64,000 nucleotides of DNA from Antedon mediterranea (lineage: Eukaryota > Animalia > Echinodermata): positions 22,081,045 through 22,145,044 of the forward strand of contig NC_092680.1 of NCBI RefSeq assembly GCF_964355755.1. The letters are read 5' to 3'. The first letter of the stretch is position 1. Every line of letters begins with the position of its first letter. Shown here in pieces: positions 54,001 to 64,000 of this stretch. Position numbers and translations under genes: made by a program. Under the pieces are notes generated by a model. The model made no database searches. It was given only the letters and a program-made list of their open reading frames with translations, and was not told where the DNA came from.

Positions 54001-57000
54001 ATGTCCCAATGACATAACTTTTTGACGTTTTATCGTCAAAAATAATATACGTTACAATCCGAGTAAAGTAGTAGATTTATTGAATACATTTTTTCTAAAG
54101 CGATTGAAGTATTGTTGCACATGCTGGGATTACTATACATTTTGTATTATTTAATTATAGCTTCAACTATGAAATATAATTACATCTTTGATCGTGACAA
54201 CAATAGGTATTATGCTAGATAATCAGTTCAATTATTTATCATTAACTGAAAAGTATTGAATATATGAATAATAGAATCACTAAATGAGATTGAATGGATG
54301 CAGGATTTTATCGTCATTATTATAATAAGGAACGGTTCAAATAATTAATATCAAAGTAGATGTCGGTTAGTATTCACAAAGTGATCGTCTTTTGCAATAT
54401 CAAAGCGGTCTATAGTAGTAATCATGAATGAAGAAGTTCACTTCGTTCATAAAATGTTGAGTATTACTAAGTTATGTAAGGCCAATTCCTACTGAGTTTC
54501 AAAATAAATTGTTTTTCTATCTAAATTTATTCAGTTGTGCCTAGACTAAGTTCCGGTCATTCGTCGTTTTTCATCAATGAACCTACATTTTATTTTGTAG
54601 GCTATAAGAATTATAATATATTTATGTCTCATCAAATTGTAATTCACAACTGCACCTTACCTGCACTTTTGATTTATTTCGTTTATTCGGAAACATCGCA
54701 ATCGCAGTATTTAAAAAAAAAAACATAAACATTCAAATAGGCCTATCAATATTTTATACGATTGAAAAATGAAAAAAAATAAAAAATAATTATTTTATTT
54801 TCACTTAAATCAGTAGTTAATGAAGAAGGAGTCCAAATAATTAATTATATTAATGAGAAGAGGAGTATAATATAATATTTTGTTTACCGGACAAATAAAA
54901 TGAAATCCATCTGGACTCACTCTCTCTGACAGGTGGTGGTAGAATCTGACACCATACCCCTTTCGCAAGGCCGCCCTCTATAAGTCACCACCACCTTCTT
55001 ACAGAGTCAATCTTGGTATTCAAAGGACCAATCGAACCGTGACTAATAAATAAGCAGAGTAAAGTTACCAAATCAACTTCATTTAAGGTGTTATCTGTTA
55101 TTATAGTGGTTGTGTGATTCTACGACAATTGTATTCCATCGATTATTCCCTTTGATTTAATCGCAGTTTGAATATCTTTACGGATTTTGCTTTGCTATGT
55201 TTTTCCATCACCACCGATTTACATCACACAGTGTTCCACAGACGTTAATTTGATACCTCTCAACCTCATTGTTCAGTGGTAGCTACCCACTTCCGATTTC
55301 GAAGATTCTGTCATTTTTGCGATGAATTCCTCAGCAGAGTTGTTGTAGGAAATTACTTGTTTTTCGTCGTTATGACGTAGTCTGTAAGGACTTCATACAT
55401 CTAGATATTTGTTATTTTAACCCCTGATTTAATACTTATACCATCAGTAATCAAGTAAGTACTTAATTTAAGTATTCCTCTTTTCGTTTTAATTGACAAT
55501 GCTTTATGTTCCAGTTGCCTGCCATGTTGATAAGTGTTGAATTTGACCTTTTCCTGTCAGATTTTATGGTAGTTTTAATATTCCATACAATACAAATTAA
55601 GTATTAAAAAATGTACATGACTTTCATGACTTTAGCTGTGCAGTACTTAAATTATATTAATGTTTTTTATAGTCTTGTTATTTTATTTTATTAAATTCAT
55701 GACCAACAGAGACAAAACAAAGAATACAATAAACATTAGAAGAACTTTTAGAATTTTAGATTTAAAAACGGATAAACTACTAAATAACAATCATTATAAA
55801 ATTCAAATCAAAGTATTGCAATTTTGAGCAGAAATAAACCTCTTTTAATAACATCTTTCTACTGCTTGCCAAAAAGGTACATGATTCCTTGAGCAAGTAC
55901 GACCAGGAAAATTGAATTTCAACAAAGAAATTGGGTCACAATTTTGTATTAAACATGTGTAAATGCACCATTTGTGATCTGCATACAAAGCATCTGCGTT
56001 CAATTCACCTGATTTGTAGTAGGCTTAAACTGTACAATACATTTTTTAAGACCAAAATTAATCAAGTTCAAATTATTATTAGAATTTAATAAGAATGAAA
56101 GTCCCAAAGATATGCAAGTCCCCTTCTAGATTGACTGAATGTTGGTATTATAGGACTTAAGGAAGATGTCTGCCAGTGCAAACCTTTCAAGTCCCCTATT
56201 AAATTGACTTAATGTTGGTATTATAGGACTTAAGGAAGATGTCTGCCAGTGCAAACCTTTCAGATACTGCATCTTTAGCATCAAGCGGTAGTGTACCAGG
56301 CGCTCCTGTTATGAACAGATTACTGTCACTTTGTTTCCGTGGTGAATGGAATAGTGTAGATCAAATGCTCAGATCCATGGAAAAGGGTGATGCAGATCTC
56401 TCTAAACCAGACGAGGTACGTACTTCTCTCATGCTTGTTCGTGTATCTCTTCAAAAATAATATCTATTAAAAATTGATTTTTCTGAATACAAATAGTATT
56501 TACATATTCTATTCTTTAAATTCAATAGCGTTCATAGCAATAAAATCCCTACCAAGAAAAAAAAGACTATTGATGTTTTAAAAAAGAAATATTAACTATT
56601 TAATTATTTTACACATCCATAATTTGCCAAAGCAATAATGATGAATCTGAAAGGTACCTTAATGGTAGGCTTTTATGTTTTATGATACTCACAATATCTA
56701 TTTTGGGGAATTCCTAGGATACTGAAGTTACACCGTTAATGTTAGCAGCAAAGGATAACAAGTTTTTTGCAGTAGAAAAACTGCTGGAATTAGGAGCTCC
56801 AGTCAATGACAAAGCAAAGGTAAAATCTAAATCTTTACTTTAGAACTAATTTATTTTAGAACTAATCAATTTTAATACCTGACCCACAAAACCAAGTGAC
56901 ACAGGAAATGGCAACAAAATAGTAGAAAGCGTCATAAGACAAGACACAGGTAAAACGTCATTTAGCAAGAGGATGATTTATTTCAACAATATTTTTATTT

Positions 57001-60000
57001 ATGTTTTCTTGTTTATTTAAATATATATTACATTATGCACATGGTTTTTTTTTGTCAATGACGTTTAATTGATTTTTGCGTCTAAACATTAAAAAAAACT
57101 AAATGCCAAATAGTTTATCAATCAGCTTTAGATCTCAATTTATTAAAAATGAAACTACTTAAATTACTAGATAAATCTAAATTATTGTATTTTAATGCTT
57201 TCTTTTGTTTTACACTTTTGACTTTAAATGGCCTTACAAGGCCATGATGGAAAACACCCTAGGTGAATCAAATGTGTCCATGAATAAGCAAAGTTTATTA
57301 TTAGGCTACATATATCTGGAATCAAGAAAGCTAGCTCCCCAACCAAGAAGTTAATAAAAAATAAATTAGATGTTTTAATTTTTTTCATCTACAATTACTA
57401 ATGAAAGAAATTTAAACAGTTATCATATTTCAAATTATTTACGCTCTGATCGCTTTTCTATTTTGACTGATGTAATAATTACAATGAGGAGTGTTTTGGT
57501 TATTAAGATCTTTCATTTAACTGTTGGTTGTGTAACAATTACAATTGTAATAAAGATCTTTCATTTCTCATCAATATCGCATTTCTTCCTTTTGTGGAAT
57601 TAGAAGTTTAGATTATATCATATTCACATGAAATAACAAGTATATTTAAATTCTATGCTTACTCGTTTTATTGAGAAAAACAAATGATGTGCAATACAAT
57701 GGAAACAATTGCTTTGGAAAGAGTGCTATTAAAAACAAACTGAACAAAAAGTGCAAACACACTGTTTGCGTAGGCTTACTGATTCAATTGTAATTATCTT
57801 CAATAATCAAAGCATAAGAGATATTAGGAACTTTTTTAGAATTATATCTGTACATTTGACCACTGAAATTTAATTAATTTTCTGTAGAATAATAATTCTG
57901 TGCATCGCCGACTCGGTGATTACTATATGCATTTTGTGGTATTTATCAAATTTATTATCAAAAGTGTTTGAACAACCATTTAATAACATATTTTATTGAT
58001 ATTTCCAATGTTGATATAACATATAAAATGAATTATTAAAAAACGTAATTATTAATTATAATTAATTATGATCATAAATTAATTGCATTATTATTATTAT
58101 TTTGATAACTTTCGTAATTCATGCATTTTCAACAGGAAAACATGAATATAAATGGTAGGAAGGATCAAATAGATGTACAAGAATGAACTAAACATTTAGT
58201 CAATAAAACCCTTTTAAGTAGTTTGTTAAAAAAACTAATACTAAGAGTAGTGGAATTTGAACCTAATTTGCGTTTCCCAATCATCATAATATAAATGTGT
58301 TGTTATGGATGGATATTTACATATGGCTAGTGTAAAGTTGGTATCCAGGTAATTTGGTTGAAACTATGGCTTCAGTATTCATACATTTATAAACAATGAA
58401 GTAGTGTGCATATTGTTTGTAGATGGTTTTACTTAGAATTCATATGTTAATGGATATTAACTGTTGATTAAGTCATTGAGTAGCCTAATGTTTAATCAGA
58501 TTCTATTATTATATACAAATTGAAATCTTTAATTAATCTTTTTTTTAAAATATACTGCATCTACCCGGTACTACCAGGTATAAATATACTGCATCTACCC
58601 GGTACTACCAGGTATAAATATACTGCATCTACCCGATACTACCAGGTATAAATATACTGCATCTACCCGGTACTACCAGGTATAAATATACTGCATCTAC
58701 CCGGTACTACCAGGTATAAATAATGGCGTTGAAATGCATATTATACTCAGTACTACAAAATAAAATAAACAAAAATGAAAATTTCTGATCTTTACACCCT
58801 CTATAGTGCTTTGTAGTATCGTCTTTTGACGTAAAGTTTTCACGTATATTGCTGGAAAACATTTGTTTTTTATTTATAAATTGATAGAATAATTCAAACA
58901 AAAAAGTATGCAAATTATAATTTTGTTTTCTTTTGCTTAAAAATAATATCCGCATATAGGATGCAATAATACTGTGCAGTGAAAGGATTAAAAGATAATA
59001 AAGACAAAATAGGTGAAGATATTTGACATTAGATCAATGGACATTGGAAAAAGAACAATATGAGCAATTAATACAGTACAATAATTGGTTTATTATAAAA
59101 AAAACCATGAGGATAAGTTTAAACCATGAGGATAAGTTTAAACCATGAGGATAAGTTTAAACCATGAGGATAAGTTTAAACCATGAGGATAAGTTTAAAC
59201 CATGAGGATAAGTTTAAACCATGAGGATAAGTTTAAACCATGAGGATAAGTTTAAACCATGAGGATAAGTTTAAACCATGAGGATAAGTTTTAATTGCAT
59301 TGATTGTAGAAATGGTTGTTTGTAACAAATGGTATTGTAATAATGGTATATTAAATCTTGCCAGTAGAGTTGCCAGAGTATTCCTACAAATCAAGCATTG
59401 ATAGTGTTTACTGTAGCTATAGCAACATAGCTTGGTTGAGCAGTAGTAAAGTGATGTAGAATGTATTTATATTACTCTGTTCCAACACACTGACAATATT
59501 TACTGCCTAAATTAATTTTCTGTAAAGCTCAAATTAAATTTTTATGAATTGTCTACATCTGGTGTATGATCTAATTTTGTTTTCTTACAAATTGTACTTT
59601 GTACATTATATCTTAGTTTTTGTAAATTGTTTTGGAATACTCACGTCATTTATTATTATTGATAATAAATAGATTAAATATATTCTGTTAACTATCCTTC
59701 TTATTTAATGGAACACTCCTTAAATATCTGTTTTAATTAAATTGTCCCGAAGTAAACCTACTGAAGCTTATATATTTGGTAACCAAGCTTTTATCCTAGG
59801 AAACAGCATGTACGGTATGCTCATATTGGTATCGCAATGGACATTGTATTACCATACAAACCTATTATTCGCTGAGCTTCTTTATGTTAAGTATTTTGGC
59901 AGATTACACATAAATATATCAATATAGATACTTTTGATAAAAATAATTTTGAGAAAAAACCTCATTAGGTTATATGCATTATCATGCATATAACCTCTTG

Positions 60001-63000
60001 ATTCTGTCAGAATCTTTATTTATTTATTCCTTTATTTATTCTTTCCTTAGCACTATTTTGTCCGTCAATTATCTTGATATCAGTTTCATCTAGCTAAGTC
60101 AATTTTTCAGAGTTTATTCCTTATGGCTAGGAATCGATGTGGTTATGTTTTCATGGTGCGCAATCAAAAATTACGCGGTCTACGCGCGATTTAACAAAAT
60201 CACGTTTGTAATCATATCTTCACAATCATGAATCACTTTTAAACAAAATTTGGTACCCATAAATTTCAGGTCATATTTCATCATATGGCAATATAATTAC
60301 GTGCGTAGCGCATATAACGCATGCGTACGCGCGCTTAAAATTTCGATTTCGATTTCGATGAAATTAGAGTATGTTTCAGGCAATTTTAAGCGTTTAAAAA
60401 ATTGCCATGAGTGCGCAAATTTTGGCACGCGTACTGCGCGTTATACGTTAATACACACTCTTTTTGTCCGGTTTCGGTTGTACAACCTTTCTTTAATAAT
60501 ATCATCATATTTTATTCACTTTTCAACGCGAAATTGCCTTATACGAGCACGTCAAAAGTGACAGGCTACGCACGTGTAAGTTAACAAAATGGTGAAAATA
60601 TGCTAAATTAGATCGTCAGAATGCTCGGGAACACATATTTTTTATTTTATTTTCTTGAAGTGTATGTATCTTATGTATGATTTATTATTAAACTAAGTGA
60701 ACAAAAGTTGATTAAGCCATAATTAATTGCATATTAAATTTGAAAAAATTCATTTCGACAATCAAACAAATTATGACATTTTCTTAGGCCAAAATAACAA
60801 ACTTAACATTAACTTTCTTCCTTCAAAAGTTCATATATTAAAGTTAAAAGTATATAGTTTGACAGTGCATCATTGTTGTACATTTTTAGAGATGTCATCA
60901 TAGTAAAAAATTATAATTCATTGTGGTATGTAATAATCTATCTGCACCAAAGTGGTTACTGCATAGTAAATACACGGAGGAATTTTTCTACAACTTTTAG
61001 TCAGTTGTGTATGGCTCGGTGGTCTGTGCTCGTGTCTATGGCACTCAAGGTACCGAGATCGAGTCTCACCTTGGGAAACGAAATAAGATTTATTTTTTAT
61101 TATCCGTATTGTTTGTTCAAATTTATTTCTTAGTGTATATATTATACACATGATTTATAATGAAATCTAGATAAAAAATAACTTATGTCTTTATTATTAT
61201 GTAACAGCAAATGTGGTTTATGACATTATACGCAGAGGGATCTTTGAACGGATTGTGATACCGGCTATTGTATTCGCGTTAGCAAGGTCCTATCATATTA
61301 AAGAATCTGAGAAAATCAATCAATCAAAATATCTATATAAGGGCCACAATGGAAATAAGTTTGACCTTTGGTTACTTTTTAGTGTTACCCTGAATTCATT
61401 CTTTGTATTTTTTTTTTTTTTTATGTTGTGTTATTTTATGAATTCGAATAAAGAAATGAAATCTTTTAAAAATCAATTATCTTTATTTATATCAATGCAT
61501 ATAACCTATAATTCGTCATAGTGACGAATTAAATCTAGTTAATTAATTAAACTTGTATAATGTTACAAATTTGTATCTTTGTTAAATTACTTCAAAATTT
61601 TACAAACTGTAGTAAAAGTACAGGTAAATTGTTGTTTGTTAAGATGATCCCTAGCATTCTTAGAGGGGGTAGTAAATACAGAATTCAGTGTATTTTGTCC
61701 TATGGGGTATAATTGATAACAAATGTTCACAATGACAGACATGTGTTTTACAGTTTTTGGTAGAATATTATACTACAATTACAAATTAAAACATAGTACA
61801 TTTTATTAGTATTTGTAGATATTATGTGTAAATATAGATTATAGTAGTTAGCACAATTGACCGATTTAAGTCGAGTCACAACAGTATTTTAATTTTTTAA
61901 TACGCATTTTCAGGATGGTAAGGCAGCCATACATTTTGCAGCAACTAGTGCAAAAGAAGATGTCATCAAATTACTTTTACAGAAGAAAGCTGATGCCACT
62001 TCACCAGGAGGGGTAAGCCCATTCAATAAAGAAAACAGAAAGTACTATTCTAGAGTCCTACACAATGCTATGGTAGTATTGTACTAAATAAAAAAGCAGA
62101 AAGTACAATTTACGATTTAAACAATGTGTAATTCCTTGTTCTAATGTTTAGCCTAAAAAGCAGTTACCATTGCATATTGCTGCTTTGAGGTCAACTGGAG
62201 GCGTTGGGGTCATTCAATTGCTACTCAGAGTGTCTGGTAAAGAAGCTAGACTTGCAAAAGACAAGGTAGAGTATTGTCATGTTATTCTGCTGTTAAAGCT
62301 TCATTTGAGTTGGCCGTAGATAAAATTTAATGTATTACTATTAATTGGCTATGTATCATAGCTATAGAAAGCATCACCGCCCACCCTTGATTTTTTTTAG
62401 CCACCTGTTTTTTGTTAATATTTTTATTTCAACTGATAAAATCGTAAAAGTTGATTATTGCAAGTGTATGTACAAAAGCAATTTTATTGTATTAAATGCA
62501 AATTCTTGAAGTTAAAAATGTATGTAATGATTCAAGTGCTGATGACCTATTAAAATATAGTACTTTTAAAAGCAAAAAACCCTTCCCCTGCAAATGTTTG
62601 ATGCAAGCATATATTGTTTTTATAATACCAATAATGATTCTCACAGTCTTTTCAATCTAATGCTTGTAATTGTAGGATGGCCTGCTGCCTATATTTCTTG
62701 CAATAGAAGCTGGCAACAGTGGAATATGTAAAGAACTTTTGCTGCATGTCAAAGATGAACAATTGAAAGCCAGAAAGGGAGAGAGTGGCGATACTTTATT
62801 ACATTTAGCATGCCGTAAAAAGGATATGGATTTGATCAAGCTATTTATAGAAAATGGATCTCATATTGATGTACTCAATGTATGTTTTATTTACCTTTTT
62901 GTTGTGTTAAGCTGTTTAAGATGTGCAAAATTTAGTATTATTGTTTTGTGAAAATAGTGTAATGATTAGTATAAGCGTTATCATCTTGTAAATGTATGAT

Positions 63001-63476
63001 ATGTTACAGGACGATGGACACACACCTTTACATCTTGCTGCCTCTTTTGGTGATGAACAAATCGTAAAATATTTCTACCAAATGAAAGCGAACCCAAATA
63101 TCTATGACAAGGTAAAGTAGTTTTAAAGTGTTTTGCTAGTATAATAATAATAATAACAGATGACACATTACAAATGTAAGCATTTTTAGTAAGACTGTGA
63201 TAGGATTGGTTTTTATATTGTAATATAATTCAAAAGAAGTATAATAATTCCTTTTGTTTGGTGGTTTTTTTTCAGCTTGACAGATCACCGTTACACATTG
63301 CAGCTGAGTTGGGTCACACAACAGTAGTTGAAATTCTTATAGATAAATTCAAAGCTTCTGTAGCTGCTAGAACCAAAGATGGCAGTACATTAATGCACAT
63401 AGCATCACAATGTGGACACCCAGAAACTGCACTTATGTTCCTTAAAAAGGGTGTGCCTCTCCACATGCCTAATAAG
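51040..63476 (+). CDS. nompC: NOMPC/TRPN1 mechanosensitive TRP channel, N-terminal ankyrin exons (continues beyond window)
   Basis: Phase-0 exons 56227-56415, 56718-56819, 61914-62012, 62152-62265, 62676-62879, 63010-63111, 63276-63476. LDRSPLHIAAELGH..DKFKASV..RTKDGSTLMHIAS..GH..FLKKGVPLHMPNK matches NOMPC as I recall it. Upstream exon 51040-51261 is in frame but less certain. Confidence 0.88.
52529..53818. repeat. 92-bp tandem repeat, about 14 copies, intronic
   Basis: Unit CGTTTCATCATCACCATCAATCGATCGATCAT...TTTACCCCTTA; period 92 (52629, 52721). Confidence 0.92.
56115..56262 (+). repeat. 73-bp duplication of a NOMPC acceptor plus exon start
   Basis: TTATAG|GACTTAAGGAAGATGTCTGCCAGTGCAAACCTTTCA at 56154 and 56227. 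Confidence 0.9.
58548..58722. repeat. 34-bp tandem repeat, 5 copies
   Basis: Unit AAATATACTGCATCTACCCGGTACTACCAGGTAT. Confidence 0.9.
59102..59291. repeat. 19-bp tandem repeat, 10 copies
   Basis: Unit AAACCATGAGGATAAGTTT. Confidence 0.92.
59964..61540 (+). mobile_element. DINE-1/HINE-like non-autonomous Helentron
   Basis: 15-bp subterminal inverted repeat TAGGTTATATGCATT (59966-80) / AATGCATATAACCTA (61494-508). Also an internal 5' inverted copy (59984-96), a (TTTA)n tract, and a 3' stem-loop TAATTCGTCA-TAG-TGACGAATTA followed by CTAGTT. Confidence 0.75.
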
Positions 63477-64000
63477 GTAATTCAACACTTCTAGTTCCAA
63501 AGTAATTTGATAATAAACAAATGCATTTAATGTATGTTCTCTATGTCAAGATACGTGAATATCAACATTCTTAAATTAAATGTTTAGTTGAAGAAGAAAA
63601 ACCAAAAAATGTGTGTTATTTTTTCCAACAATTAACTGAGATTGATTTAAAATATAAAACTCTTTGAATCAATATTTGGAGTAGTTAGTTTGGAAACTCT
63701 TGATTTCAACCCGTTTGCCATTTTACTAATCTGAGATGATCCCTTCTTAACATTTAAACTCTCCCTCATAAATCTTACTGGAATGCCACAGAAAACCTTA
63801 TTTTGCTGTCGAATTTACTGTGACCCAATACAACTTTTGTATTATCATGTTTACTGGAAAATACTGTTTGCTGTTTTCTAATATCACATTTATTGGAACA
63901 TGCCACTAATATTAACTGTGGAATACCGCTAAATATACTGTTACCTTATAATACTATCAGTTGGAATATCATTAAAACTACTGTTACTCATTCCTGATGT

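Noticed and set aside
56227-63476. Generic ankyrin protein or PP6 regulatory ankyrin subunit
   Set aside because: The DKFKAS..RTKDGSTLMHIAS..LHMPNK motif points to NOMPC/TRPN1.

Overview
AT-rich, intron-containing animal (invertebrate) genomic DNA, not prokaryotic; an echinoderm-like origin is only an impression. It holds three spliced genes, reconstructed by hand. (1) Minus strand, 23088 to beyond the left edge: a secreted protein of more than 3,900 aa over 29 exons in the window, with a bacterial-style build. The order is signal peptide, Sib-like N-terminus, Ig/HYR-like domains, many CARDB-like repeats, a YD/RHS shell, an intact RHS core (PxxxxDPxG), a ~180-aa Gly/Ala-rich helical 'payload', a DPND-xxGP domain, an EGF domain and a cadherin-like Ig domain. 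It looks like a non-teneurin animal RHS protein. (2) Plus strand, 24510-45317: a complete MED23 with two U12 introns (one AT-AC) and one GC-AG intron. (3) Plus strand, from 51040: the ankyrin-repeat 5' part of NOMPC/TRPN1. Many tandem repeats are built from exon-intron junctions: arrays of duplicated donors or acceptors at six MED23 junctions and one NOMPC junction. Introns also carry a 3'-truncated LINE, several MITEs, a DINE-1/Helentron-like element, Penelope-type hammerhead remnants and ordinary minisatellites. Most long ORFs in the track from 27 to 49 kb are repeat artefacts.
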